64,000 bases of DNA from a candidate division FCPU426 bacterium. Its GTDB lineage: Bacteria; Oederibacteriota; Muellerivitia; Muellerivitales; Muellerivitaceae. This document shows positions 1 to 9,375 of this stretch, one piece after another. How positions within the stretch are numbered: the stretch's first letter is position 1; the number at the start of each line of letters is the position of its first letter. Position numbers and translations under genes: made by a program. Below the pieces are notes generated by a model. The model saw only the letters and a list, made by a program, of their open reading frames with translations. It made no database searches and had not been told where the DNA came from. The stretch covers positions 105,335 to 169,334 of the forward strand of contig CAWKAR010000019.1 of assembly GCA_963847625.1 (NCBI GenBank), in the 5' to 3' direction.

Positions 1-269
1 GTTCTCCAAGGTGATCTTCGTGAACTTTTTGAATTTGTCGTGTTTGACGATGAAATGCGAGGAATTGGCCCGGATGAAATCATCGAATTCGGCGCTGGTA
101 AACTGCGGTGCCTCTTCCGCTGGTTGTGCGGCCGGTTGGACGCCGACCGGGGGGGAGGTATTTCGGTGGAAGTGGGCGAAGGCGCGGCGGAAGTCTGGTC
201 GTAGGCATACTGCCCCAAGGCCATGGCCGGCAATAGGGCGCACAAAAAGAGGAAAAGATTCATTTTCAC
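1..269 (-). CDS. Partial secreted protein (runs off window start) with an apparent frameshift at the G7 run 149-155
   Basis: GAGGTG RBS, then GTG-AAA-ATG and signal-like MNLFLFLCALLPAMALGQ. The protein-like frame PVGVQPAAQPAEEAPQFTSAEFDDFIRANSSHF resumes only after a 1-nt shift at the homopolymer. Confidence 0.5.
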   Translation of the reverse strand, partial: MKMNLFLFLCALLPAMALGQYAYDQTSAAPSPTSTEIPPPRSASNRPHNQRKRHRSLPAPNSMISSGPIPRISSSNTTNSKSSRRSPWR

Positions 270-393
270 GGCGGCACCTCGCAAATGAATTTTTATTAGT
301 ATAACGGGAGGCCCCACCCCGATTCAAAGGTTCTTATAAATGGCTATGCATATATACATATTATGTGTTTTCACACCTCTCCAAAATAATACC

Positions 394-532
394 TAGCCAC
401 GGATATGCCGATCATCCATAAAAACATAATGAGATCGGTATGATACCAGCCCCATTAAAAGCTTTATTGAAGGCTGGCATGCTTTTTATGAGTGTTTTTG
501 CTATCCCCATCCATCCCCTGAATCCGTGGCTA
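394..532. repeat. Dispersed palindromic element, copy A (TAGCCACGGAT...ATCCGTGGCTA)
   Basis: Perfect 11-bp terminal inverted repeat with nested pairs CATAAAAA/TTTTTATG and CCAGCC/GGCTGG. Confidence 0.75.
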
Positions 533-568
533 AGCCATGACTTTGTTTTACGACTTAAAAAATCTTTT

Positions 569-665
569 GCCACAGATGCATGGGATTCATGGGTTTTAAC
601 AAACACAAATATTTAAAGCCTTTTTTCTTAGCCCAATCTAAATGCATCCCCTGAATCCGTGGCTA
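569..665. repeat. Dispersed ~97-bp palindromic element, copy B
   Basis: GCCACAGATGCATGGGA...ATGCATCCCCTGAATCCGTGGCTA, closely similar to 3153-3250 and 48435-48530. Confidence 0.85.
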
Positions 666-780
666 AGTACTTGGTTTTGCTTAACGCCTTTAAGACCTAA
701 GAACACCTGATTTTATTTATCATTGTTTCTTGGAATTTGTTTTATGTGGACAGCTATGAAGTGATTTAATTCTTAAAAGC

Positions 781-2700
781 TTACGGACTGGCCGGAAGCA
801 TTTGGAGCATCTTTTTCGCCGATTCGTTTCCGCGGTCATTTTCCAAAACCTTTTGAATGCAAAGGCGCGCCTCCCCGGAACGGCCGGTAAAGTAATACAA
901 AACCCCCAGGTTGTTGTACAACTCGTTATAAAGGCCCTCGGAACGGCGGATAGCCTCCAGGAAAAACACTTCCGCCGCCTGGGGGCGCTTTTCAAGCAGG
1001 AAGAAAGTCCCCATCCGGTAAAGGCCGGGGGAATAATTGACATTTTTGTAAAACCCCTCCCAAAAGGCGTCCCAGGCCGTGTGGCGGGGCAGGCGCATAA
1101 GGGCGGGGGCCTGGGCCAAGATCCCTTCGGGGATTCCGTACTCAACCATGAGCCGATTTTCATCCAGGGCCGGTACCTGGGGCGCGTAGCCTTTCCTCAA
1201 ATAAATGACGGTGAATCCGTCCAGGTAAACCGGCCGCCAATCCTCGGTCTTTCGAAGGTCGGATACCCACTGCCGGGAAACCTCGGGACTGAAGAAAAGG
1301 ATGTCGGCCCCGTATTTTTCGGCCATTGAAAGCGCGCCCCCGGGGGCTTGTGAATGAATGTACTCACTGAAAAAATCCTCGCCCATCACTTCCAGGCGGC
1401 CGTCCATGAAGACTTTTTGGGGGCCCTGCCATTCCAGCCACCCGCCGGAATTCAACGAGTTCAAGATCCTTCCATCCAAATGGTTTTTGACCAGGAAATC
1501 CACGGCACCCAGCGGTTGGTTTTCCCCGTTCACCCCCAGCCCGAAAGTTTCCTGCCTCGCGCCATCCGTGTAGTAGGCGTTGGTGACGATCCTGAGGCAC
1601 AAGCCCAGGAGCAGGGCCGCAGCCAACCAGGCCGGCAGGGGCTTGGAAAAGAGGTTATCCATGATTCCCTTCAACCTGGCCCAGCCCAAGTCCGTCCAGC
1701 AGGAAGCCGCCAAGGGCAGGCAGGCGAGCAGGAAGATCGGAACGTTGCGCGCGGCTGCCGACGAAAACCAGAAGAAAGCCGCGGCCATGAGAAGTTCATG
1801 GGCTTTCCTGCGCCGAAGGGTTGCCAGCACTAGGATGAGCAGGAACAGACTGAAGAGTTTGTAAGCCAGGGTCGGCCCATCCGGCATGGGCTGGATCGCG
1901 GAATTTCCCCAGGGGGACATAAGCTCGACTATGTTTTTGGAAAAAGCCTCCGAGCGCATCGTATTCCAGTTCGTAAAGGGGTACGCCATTCCCCGGAAAA
2001 AATTGGGGTTCAAAAGGCTCGCCGCGAAAGACAAGCCGCTGTAAACCATTAATTTCTTGTCTAATTTGCGGCGATGGATCAATCCGGAAACGAGGAATAT
2101 GACCATAACAGCCCAACCCAGGACAAAAAGCCCCTCGACGTTGGCCCACAGAACCTGGATGAGTGGGAGAAGAAAAAGCAGGCCCTTCTTCCCTTTCTCA
2201 TTGCGTTCCAAAACGTACAGCATTCCCCCCAGGAAGACCCAGCTGAGGATTTCGGGCCTGACTTGGAACCGATGTTCACAGATATAAACCGCCAAAGCCA
2301 GCAAGGGAACTGTGATATAAGCGGGAGCGCCAGAGGAACGCGTTCGGATGAAGGTTATGACGAAAACCGTGACGATCAGGGTGATGTTAAAAACCGATAG
2401 GAGGGTATAACCGCCTGCCAAATACAGAAGATAAAGCAGGACCTGGTAAAGCCAGTGGATGTCCAGGTAATCCCGGCCGGTAACGGTGTAGGTATAGGTA
2501 TCCTGCGAAGGGACACAATGGTTTTGGATAATCCACTGTCCCCCTTTCAAATGGAAACCCAGATCCAGGTCCAGGATGTAGCGGGCACCCAGGAGAATGA
2601 TAAAGAGGAAACAGGATAGGAGCGCCCAAAACCAGGGCTGGCGGAAAAAAGATTCTTGCTTTGAAACTTTTAATGGATTTGAAGGAGGGCTTGGTATCAC
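781..2700 (-). CDS. Polytopic membrane protein (GT-C-like/ArnT-like) with C-terminal TPR
   Basis: Many TM segments; DLDLGFHLKGG, RPEI, WANVEG and FMDGRLEV motifs; TPR YNNLGVLY. GTG at 2700 chosen as start. Confidence 0.7.
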   Translation of the reverse strand: MIPSPPSNPLKVSKQESFFRQPWFWALLSCFLFIILLGARYILDLDLGFHLKGGQWIIQNHCVPSQDTYTYTVTGRDYLDIHWLYQVLLYLLYLAGGYTLLSVFNITLIVTVFVITFIRTRSSGAPAYITVPLLALAVYICEHRFQVRPEILSWVFLGGMLYVLERNEKGKKGLLFLLPLIQVLWANVEGLFVLGWAVMVIFLVSGLIHRRKLDKKLMVYSGLSFAASLLNPNFFRGMAYPFTNWNTMRSEAFSKNIVELMSPWGNSAIQPMPDGPTLAYKLFSLFLLILVLATLRRRKAHELLMAAAFFWFSSAAARNVPIFLLACLPLAASCWTDLGWARLKGIMDNLFSKPLPAWLAAALLLGLCLRIVTNAYYTDGARQETFGLGVNGENQPLGAVDFLVKNHLDGRILNSLNSGGWLEWQGPQKVFMDGRLEVMGEDFFSEYIHSQAPGGALSMAEKYGADILFFSPEVSRQWVSDLRKTEDWRPVYLDGFTVIYLRKGYAPQVPALDENRLMVEYGIPEGILAQAPALMRLPRHTAWDAFWEGFYKNVNYSPGLYRMGTFFLLEKRPQAAEVFFLEAIRRSEGLYNELYNNLGVLYYFTGRSGEARLCIQKVLENDRGNESAKKMLQMLPASP

Positions 2701-2760
2701 GCAAGAATTATAGCAAAAGGAACAACCGCCGAATTTCCCCATTGGACGAAGAATAAGAAA

Positions 2761-3048
2761 TCAGGTCTTTTCCACCTCGGCCATGAGTTGGATTTGCTTA
2801 AGGACACCTGCGACTTTAACGCAATCATCCTTTGAGCCGATATAAGCCACGGATTTTCCGTTCTTGTGGGCGCTCAGGGTGATCTGGGTGGCCCTTTCCA
2901 GGGAATAGCCCGTGGCCTTTTGCACCTGGAGGATGACCTCGTCGAAGGTATGGACCGAGTCGTTGAAAAGGACCACCTGCCAGGGATTGTCCAGTTCCAC
3001 CTGGGTCCCGTTCTCCTTCTCAGTTAAGGTGACATGGCCTTTTTTCAT
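2761..3048 (-). CDS. clpS: ATP-dependent Clp protease adaptor ClpS
   Basis: WQVVLFNDSVHTFDEVI...AHKNGKSV is the ClpS core motif. Confidence 0.88.
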   Translation of the reverse strand: MKKGHVTLTEKENGTQVELDNPWQVVLFNDSVHTFDEVILQVQKATGYSLERATQITLSAHKNGKSVAYIGSKDDCVKVAGVLKQIQLMAEVEKT

Positions 3049-3152
3049 TTGTCTAAACCCCAAAGCGTTTCTCCCTGTGGAGCCGCAATTATTTCAGGCT
3101 CCCCAAAAAAATATATCTTATAAGGGAATTCACACCTGTCCAAAACTATACC

Positions 3153-3250
3153 TAGCCACGGATATATGGGATTCCTGGGATTTAATAAACATAAATATTT
3201 AAAGTCTTTTGACTTTGGCCATCTGAATGCATCCCCTGAATCTGTGGCTA
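3153..3250. repeat. Dispersed palindromic element, copy C
   Basis: TAGCCACGGAT...ATCTGTGGCTA; left flank matches the flank of copy A, right flank matches the flank of copy B. Confidence 0.85.
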
Positions 3251-3352
3251 AGAACTTGGTTTTTACTTAACGCCTTTTACAAAAAAAATTCCTGATTTTA
3301 TTTATCTTTGTTTCAGGGAGTTAAGTAAGTAAATCTCTTTTATAATATTCCC

Positions 3353-4174
3353 ATGCAATGTCCTAATTGCCATTTGGAACAGCCGGAGGGGGCCGAAACC
3401 TGCGGGGGTTGCGGTTTGATATTCGCCAAATGGAAGGAACGCCACACTCCCCAGGAGCCCGCGGCTCCCCCGGAGAGCGTGTCCTCCGAGGCCGCCGCCC
3501 CCGAACAAGCCCCCAAACCCGCGCCGGCCCCTTGGCCGCCGCCCTCGGCCGAACCGAAATATTTCGAGTTCCCTCTCAAGAAACTCGTTTTAATATTTGG
3601 GCCCTTGCTTCTGGGTTTGGCTGTCCTCATTTTCTGGCCCTCGAAGGAGGAAAAACATATCCCCGCTGCCCTTCCCCGCCCAATTATGTTATACGGAAGC
3701 GCCACGGTCTATCCGACGGACACCCCCGAACCCAACACGCCCACTCCTATTTACACCCCCATGACCATCACAGGCCCGTCCTGGGTGTTCCACGGGAAGA
3801 TCCTGGATGGCCTCCGCCTCATGCCCCTCGGTGGTGTCATAATCGTCTTTTCGAATAACGGGGTCGCGGTGACCGCCACCACCACCGCCAATGGTCTCTA
3901 TCAAATATCCGTCCCCCCGCTATCCGGCATTGAGGCCTATGAGGTCCAGCTCAGCCATCCTTCTTGTAGGGAAAGCTATTGGGAAGGCGACCCATCGAAC
4001 TTGTCGCAGGAAGCGCGCCTGGCCCGCGCCTACGAATACCCGGAGAACGACCATTTGCGTGGAATGGTTGGAGGCGGCGGGGACAAGGAAGTGAATTTCG
4101 CCATGTTTCCAGCGCAATTGACCGAGCAGGAAGTAATGTGGCTGCGAAACGCCCGTCCCCGCGACCAGCAATAG
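3353..4174 (+). CDS. Zinc-ribbon membrane-anchored protein with Pro-rich linker and transthyretin/carboxypeptidase-regulatory-like domain
   Basis: CPNC...CGGC N-terminus, one TM helix, GKILDG...ATTTANGLYQI. Confidence 0.7.
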   Translation: MQCPNCHLEQPEGAETCGGCGLIFAKWKERHTPQEPAAPPESVSSEAAAPEQAPKPAPAPWPPPSAEPKYFEFPLKKLVLIFGPLLLGLAVLIFWPSKEEKHIPAALPRPIMLYGSATVYPTDTPEPNTPTPIYTPMTITGPSWVFHGKILDGLRLMPLGGVIIVFSNNGVAVTATTTANGLYQISVPPLSGIEAYEVQLSHPSCRESYWEGDPSNLSQEARLARAYEYPENDHLRGMVGGGGDKEVNFAMFPAQLTEQEVMWLRNARPRDQQ

Positions 4175-4278
4175 GTCAATGGAATAGGAATGAAGAACAA
4201 AGGGGTCCCCGGATTCAACGATTTGCGAATCGATATGAATGGCTCCCTGCCGTTTGGACGAAATAGTCCATCCTCGCT

Positions 4279-4800
4279 TTATCTTCGCCCGGAGTCATCC
4301 TTTGATTTGGATACCCTGAATTTATAAGGCCCGATGATTTCTTGAAGCATTTCCAATTTGGGTCCTTCCATCCAGATACCACCGCACTTCTCACATTGAT
4401 CCAATTCCGTCTTCCCCAACTTCACGGTTTCCATCCGCTTGCCGCAAAAGGGGCAAATGAGAAATGGCGGCTTTTTGCGGGGCTCAAAAAACGGAGGCGT
4501 TTTGTGGTTACGCTCTTCCGTCCCGGTCTGTAATTCCTTCTTCCCCTGTGGCTGTAGCTTCATCATCACTTCACGGCGGATGCCCAATCCCTCGCACTCG
4601 GCGCAATGAAGCACCTCCTGTGTGTCCAGGGCGGCGGTATAAACCGAGATTTTGCAAATGGGACAGGAAACCGTCTTCGCCGAAACACTGGCCAATCCCC
4701 CGGTTTTAGCCAATGGCAGCCTGCAAGCGGGGCAGACACGTTCCGTACCGTTCAGGGGTTGGTCGCAGCGGGGGCATTTGGCTGAAGTGGGTTCAGGCAT
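4279..4800 (-). CDS. Multi-zinc-ribbon (zf-TFIIB-like) protein
   Basis: Six CxxC motifs (three zinc ribbons); LDQCEKCGGIWME; AAGGGGGA RBS before MPEP. Confidence 0.75.
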   Translation of the reverse strand: MPEPTSAKCPRCDQPLNGTERVCPACRLPLAKTGGLASVSAKTVSCPICKISVYTAALDTQEVLHCAECEGLGIRREVMMKLQPQGKKELQTGTEERNHKTPPFFEPRKKPPFLICPFCGKRMETVKLGKTELDQCEKCGGIWMEGPKLEMLQEIIGPYKFRVSKSKDDSGRR

Positions 4801-4832
4801 GGAAGTAGGTTCCCCCTTGTGATTGTTCCATT

Positions 4833-4985
4833 TCACTCATGGCGTTCCAGGTGACGGTGGTCGCTGGCTTTTTCCTTGCCTGCCATCATTCGGACCCCGC
4901 CACAACGGTGGCACACGAACTTCCGTTTTTTATGGGCCGAATGGGGCATCTCCCTCATCTTGACCTTGTATTGCCTGCAGAACAC
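4833..4985 (-). CDS. Small Zn-ribbon protein, copy 1 (50 aa, second Cys replaced by Tyr); absent from ORF track
   Basis: GTG start after GGGGAGG; MFCRQYKVKMREMPHSAHKKRKFVCHRCGGVRMMAGKEK; paralog of 14002-14151. Confidence 0.65.
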   Translation of the reverse strand: MFCRQYKVKMREMPHSAHKKRKFVCHRCGGVRMMAGKEKASDHRHLERHE

Positions 4986-5007
4986 GCGGCCTCCCCGCAT
5001 TGGACGA
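4978..5007 (+). repeat. 30-bp cassette-boundary site R2 (degenerate)
   Basis: cagaacacgcgg-cctccc-cgcattggacga. Confidence 0.55.
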
Positions 5008-5095
5008 GTTTAGAGCTTGTCTCCCCAAGTGGGAATTTCTAGATTCCCACTAAGTTCCCACTTTTTCCCACTTTTGAAACCCTCTGATCCTCGTT

Positions 5096-5125
5096 ACGGT
5101 ACGAGGATCTCCCCTCCGTGGACGG
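5096..5125 (+). repeat. 30-bp cassette-boundary site R3 (degenerate left arm)
   Basis: acggtacgagga-tctccc-ctccgtggacgg. Confidence 0.5.
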
Positions 5126-5210
5126 CCTTTCAATGAAGAAATTATGAGAACCCGGCTCATTGACTATCGGACGCACACGGAATAATATCCCTCAAACAAG
5201 GAGGACCCAT

Positions 5211-5531
5211 ATGCGTTGGTATCACTACGTTTCTTACTTTTTTGGCGGCGCTTTCCTCGCCAATGCGGTACCCCACTTCGTCAGCGGTATCACCGGCCAC
5301 CCCTTCCAAAGCCCTTTCGCCTCCCCGCCTGGGGTGGGATTGTCCTCCTCCACCGTAAACGTGCTGTGGGGCTCCTTCAACCTCGCCGTGGCCTATTGGT
5401 TCTTGTGCCGAGTCGGGACGTTCGACCTGCGCCGGACGGTGCCTGTCCTGGTGGCGGGGCTGGGGGCGTTACTAATGGCCGTGATGCTGGCCCATGCGTT
5501 TGGCCGTTTCTACGGAGGGCTTCTCCCTTAA
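5211..5531 (+). CDS. Small membrane protein
   Basis: AGGAGG RBS; three hydrophobic segments; FLANAVPHFVSGITGHPFQSPFA. Confidence 0.8.
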   Translation: MRWYHYVSYFFGGAFLANAVPHFVSGITGHPFQSPFASPPGVGLSSSTVNVLWGSFNLAVAYWFLCRVGTFDLRRTVPVLVAGLGALLMAVMLAHAFGRFYGGLLP

Positions 5532-5634
5532 TTCGTTAAAAGTTCCCCCTTCCCACTTCTCAAGTTCCTTTTTTCCAATCCCCCTGTCACTTGCTTAAAA
5601 AATAAGGAATCAGGCACCAATATCCATTATTCCT

Positions 5635-5664
5635 TTGTCCACCTTGGGTCCCCATCGTGGACAA
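5635..5664 (+). repeat. 30-bp cassette-boundary site R4
   Basis: ttgtccaccttg-ggtccc-catcgtggacaa, 9 nt from the stop at 5674. Confidence 0.9.
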
Positions 5665-5673
5665 CTAAAATCT

Positions 5674-6450
5674 TTATTCTTTTGAACGCCATATACGTGC
5701 TATCAGCAATTCCATTCCCCTGATTAGCCAAAATACACAAAAAATAATTAATAAATAAACGAGAAAGATATTTGCTGAAAGAAACGGCAATCCAAGAAAA
5801 CTTCCATACGCCTCAACAATATTATCGAAAGGTTTAAATTTCGGAGATTCATAAGAAGTTGCATCTTTTAATGTTTCATATTTTTCAGAACTAAAATCCT
5901 TTTTCTCACTGGCTCGAATTTCTAAATCAAGATCCTTATAAAGCCATTCACCTTTAAACCCTTTATCTTTTCTCCAACTCCATCTGGTCCTTGATATATC
6001 GAGATAAACACCATTTTTTTCTAGTCTAAACGGACCCTTGGAATTGGGATAATGTTTGCTAAATTCTTCTTCCGTGTTATTGCTGTAATATCCCAAAGGC
6101 CCATAAAAGTATCTGGTAAAAACTTTAGGATACTTCTTTGCGCGTTCATCCGAATAATTGAGAAGATCAAAACCTACACTTGTTTCCCCACCCTCAATAC
6201 GGAAAATTAAAATCTCTTTTGATTTTTTCTTTAAGAAAACTGTTTGTATCCAATCACGTAATAAATTATTACCATTTTTTTCAACAAGAAACGTACATGG
6301 TAGGTCGTATGACCGGCTGGGAACGGTAGCTTTTTCCAATTCACTGCGTTTATCAAAATAGTTAGTGGTATTTGTCGCAATCCATAAAACCACAAATAGA
6401 AAACTTATTAAAACAAAAGCCCTCATTGCCGTTCTGAGAAATTTCTTCAC
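5674..6450 (-). CDS. AT-rich hypothetical membrane protein
   Basis: 258-aa ORF with N- and C-terminal TM segments; GGAG RBS before GTG. Confidence 0.7.
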   Translation of the reverse strand: MKKFLRTAMRAFVLISFLFVVLWIATNTTNYFDKRSELEKATVPSRSYDLPCTFLVEKNGNNLLRDWIQTVFLKKKSKEILIFRIEGGETSVGFDLLNYSDERAKKYPKVFTRYFYGPLGYYSNNTEEEFSKHYPNSKGPFRLEKNGVYLDISRTRWSWRKDKGFKGEWLYKDLDLEIRASEKKDFSSEKYETLKDATSYESPKFKPFDNIVEAYGSFLGLPFLSANIFLVYLLIIFCVFWLIRGMELLIARIWRSKE

Positions 6451-6553
6451 AATTACATCTCCAATTCAATAAAGCCGGTTTAAACATAAATAATTATGAA
6501 TACAAAAAAATGCCTTGCGGGTTTAACTCAAAATTTCGATACACAACCAACTA

Positions 6554-6583
6554 TCGTCCAATCAGGGTCCCCGTCGTGGACAA
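6554..6583 (+). repeat. 30-bp cassette-boundary site R5
   Basis: tcgtccaatcag-ggtccc-cgtcgtggacaa. Confidence 0.9.
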
Positions 6584-6673
6584 AGGAATAATGGTTAATG
6601 GTCTCTGCTCCACGGTGCGGAGAGTGGATCCTGACCCTGTATTTTCCGCATAGGGGCCTGCGGAACCTAGGGG

Positions 6674-7093
6674 CTAGGTTTTCCAGGGATTGATCAGGTG
6701 GATCCCAAGCCCTTGAAAATGCCGGGTATTGCGTGTGGCTAATGTAGCTTTGCAGGCTAAAGCGATCCCGGCGATCTGGAGATCTCGAATCTCAACCGGA
6801 CGCCCTATTTTTCTTTGTTGGGCCGCGATCGAGGCGGACGCCCGGGCCGCGGCAAGGTCAAATGGAAGGACCCGGCCTTCCAAATCCTCCTCCAAAGCTT
6901 GGTTAAAAAACTCCTCCAGCTGATGCCGCCTACGCCCCCCCGCCAGGTTCTCGATGCCAAACCGTATTTCAAATACCGTGATGGTCGTAGTCCAAACCGA
7001 TTCAACGGACTGGCGATCCAACCATGAAACGATCGCAGGAACCGGTTCCCGAAGCATCAATGTGGAAAGGATATTCGTATCGAGCAGGATCAT
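6674..7093 (-). CDS. vapC: VapC/FitB PIN-domain toxin
   Basis: MILLDTNILS...EIRFG...DLQIAGIA...LATRNTRHF...INPW. Confidence 0.93.
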   Translation of the reverse strand: MILLDTNILSTLMLREPVPAIVSWLDRQSVESVWTTTITVFEIRFGIENLAGGRRRHQLEEFFNQALEEDLEGRVLPFDLAAARASASIAAQQRKIGRPVEIRDLQIAGIALACKATLATRNTRHFQGLGIHLINPWKT

Positions 7094-7341
7094 GGGACCA
7101 GATCGGCGGGCTGGGCTTGTTGGCCCCCCAATTCGGGGATTTCCTGGGTCAGCCCTATCTTGGCAAACCGCGCCTTAAACCTGGCGCCCAATGGTGTGGG
7201 GACGCGGCCCCCATCCTTCCCTACCGCGTTTCTCAAGATATCCCGCACTTCTTCCTCCGTGCTGTGCCCATTCTTCCGGGCCCTTTGGCTCAGTTTCATC
7301 TTCACGCCGTCATCTAGATTCCGAACGATAATTTGGGCCAT
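7090..7341 (-). CDS. fitA: FitA/StbC-like ribbon-helix-helix antitoxin
   Basis: MAQIIVRNLDDGVKMKLSQRARKNGHSTEEEVRDIL; 4-nt overlap with the toxin. Confidence 0.9.
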   Translation of the reverse strand: MAQIIVRNLDDGVKMKLSQRARKNGHSTEEEVRDILRNAVGKDGGRVPTPLGARFKARFAKIGLTQEIPELGGQQAQPADLVP

Positions 7342-7368
7342 GGGTTCCCTCTGCGAAGTAGGGTTAAG

Positions 7369-7400
7369 TGATATGACGATATCATGATATCATGATATCA
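7369..7400. promoter_or_regulatory. Putative antitoxin operator (tandem TGATATCA palindromes)
   Basis: tgatatga-cgatatca-tgatatca-tgatatca just upstream of fitA; resembles the FitA half-site TGCTATCA. Confidence 0.6.
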
Positions 7401-7481
7401 ATTATTTGTTATTCCCGCAAGGGGTCCAAAAACCCCTTCATTCTATGCCCCGAAAAGGGGCTGCCCCCTTTCCGTTTTTAC

Positions 7482-7511
7482 CTGTCCACGATGGGTCCCC
7501 GCAGTGAACAA
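7482..7511 (+). repeat. 30-bp cassette-boundary site R6
   Basis: ctgtccacgatg-ggtccc-cgcagtgaacaa, 10 nt from the stop at 7522. Confidence 0.9.
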
Positions 7512-7521
7512 CTTTCATATT

Positions 7522-9291
7522 CTACTTCGTGTGTTTTTCAATCCAATCGGTTGTATTTTCCAGCACTTCCGGCGCAAATGTTCCAGGGTCATCAATCCAT
7601 TCCTCTGGATCGCCTGTAATGGTGTTTTGGAGAACGTGACTCAACCCCGGGAAGACTTTGGAAGTAAATTCGGGATTCTTCCCTTCCTTTAAAGCTTTTT
7701 CGATGGCTGGAAAATTAACGTCGGGGGGAACCATTAAATCTTTCTCACCGCTTAAAGCTAAAACAGGACAAATAACCTGTTCCAAGGCAGGCCTTGGATC
7801 GTATTTCTCCCAATGTTTGTAATAAGAAAATGGATAAGGATATTCAGCCCATTTCGGCAGTGTGGCTTGAAGTTTTATTAATTCTTTAGATTTGTATTTC
7901 TTCGCCATTTCTTCCTGGATGAACTTTCTTATTTTGGATTTGGCTTCATCTTCGTTCTTGGAGCTGACAACTTCATCCATAATTCGTTTATATATCCTTG
8001 TATTAAAAGCAATGAATTCGTCGCTACGCCTCTCCGTGTTCCAAAACCTTAGCCACTGAATAAGGTCTTGGCTTTTGCCATCCACACCGATTCCTCCCAT
8101 CAAGACGATAAAGGCAACATCCTTTGATCGCGACGCTACCAGGGGCGCACTATAACTCCCTTCGCTTTGGCCGATCACACCGGCTTTAAGGGGATTCACT
8201 TCTTTTCGATTCTTCAAATATTCAAAACCGGCAAGGGCGTCGTCGGCAAAATCCCCAACTGTGGCCTTATCGAAATCTCCCGAGGAGCTTCCCACCCCGC
8301 GTTTGTCGTAACGCAATACCGCGATGCCATGCCGTGTCAGGTAGTCCGAAAGAACAAGGTGGCTATGTGGCCAAATATAACCATCCCGGTTAGGTCTACC
8401 CGAACCAGTGATAAGTAATACCGCCGGGAAGGGTTCGCCATGCTTGGGAAGGGTCAGGGTTCCGGCCAAGGTGACACCGGCCTTTTCATTGGTAAAAGTA
8501 ACCTCTTCTTCCCGGTAAGGGAAAGGCCTTTTGGGCTCATAATTCGCCGGCTGTTGGACCACCTTCCGGTTAAACTCCACAGTGAAATCAAAAACCTTCT
8601 TTTCCCCGGCCTTCCATTCCCAGGTTTTATCGGTCGTTTCCTTGTGGGAGAGGGTGACATAGAATCGCTCTTTCCATTTCGAACTATAAACCGTCGCGTG
8701 AAGCCCTTGGGTCTTGAGCTGTACGGTTAAGTTCCCAAACGCGCGCGAAGGCCCCAGCCATAAAGGCCCGTCGGAATGCGCCAAATCAATTTCCTCGTCC
8801 AGGGGCTGAATCTCAGGCAGGGTCCCCGGGGTTGAGTCCAACTGGTATTTACTCCCCGCCCAGTCGTCGTATAAAAAATCTAATTGCGCCGCGACACGGA
8901 GGATTTCGACCGGCCCAGTGGGGATGAGTGTGTACCGGATATGAATTCCGGATTTCAGGACCTTAATCGAAGTTTTTAAGTTTGCCGATACATTATTCGG
9001 CAGGCTGGCCTTCACTTGGATATCGGGAGCTTTGCCGGTGATATCGAATGCTTGCCGGCCATTGAAGCACTGCCAGTCTTGAGATAAGTAAATCAATGGT
9101 TTTATATACATGACTTGCTTCATGTTTTCCAAAATGTTGATCGAGCCGTTGTCCAAAATTTGAACATGAAGGGGCTTATCATCAACGGTCATGGCGCTGT
9201 TGACGGAATCCGCCCACATAAGGCTGGGGAAAAATAGGATTGTCCCGAAAAACAATATTAAAACGTATGTGAATTTTTTATAACTTTTCAT
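7522..9291 (-). CDS. Secreted alpha/beta hydrolase with extra N-terminal domain
   Basis: Signal peptide; LAGTLTLP, LITGSG, RYDKRGVG, nucleophile GQSEG, GEKDLMV, GLSH. Confidence 0.88.
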   Translation of the reverse strand: MKSYKKFTYVLILFFGTILFFPSLMWADSVNSAMTVDDKPLHVQILDNGSINILENMKQVMYIKPLIYLSQDWQCFNGRQAFDITGKAPDIQVKASLPNNVSANLKTSIKVLKSGIHIRYTLIPTGPVEILRVAAQLDFLYDDWAGSKYQLDSTPGTLPEIQPLDEEIDLAHSDGPLWLGPSRAFGNLTVQLKTQGLHATVYSSKWKERFYVTLSHKETTDKTWEWKAGEKKVFDFTVEFNRKVVQQPANYEPKRPFPYREEEVTFTNEKAGVTLAGTLTLPKHGEPFPAVLLITGSGRPNRDGYIWPHSHLVLSDYLTRHGIAVLRYDKRGVGSSSGDFDKATVGDFADDALAGFEYLKNRKEVNPLKAGVIGQSEGSYSAPLVASRSKDVAFIVLMGGIGVDGKSQDLIQWLRFWNTERRSDEFIAFNTRIYKRIMDEVVSSKNEDEAKSKIRKFIQEEMAKKYKSKELIKLQATLPKWAEYPYPFSYYKHWEKYDPRPALEQVICPVLALSGEKDLMVPPDVNFPAIEKALKEGKNPEFTSKVFPGLSHVLQNTITGDPEEWIDDPGTFAPEVLENTTDWIEKHTK

Positions 9292-9326
9292 AAAGCCACC
9301 CCTTTACTGTCAGAAATTGATTGCTT

Positions 9327-9356
9327 TTGTCCACTCCGGCTCCCCGCCGTGGACAA
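9327..9356 (+). repeat. 30-bp cassette-boundary site R7
   Basis: ttgtccactccg-gctccc-cgccgtggacaa. Confidence 0.9.
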
Positions 9357-9375
9357 ATATTAGTACCGGCCATTT

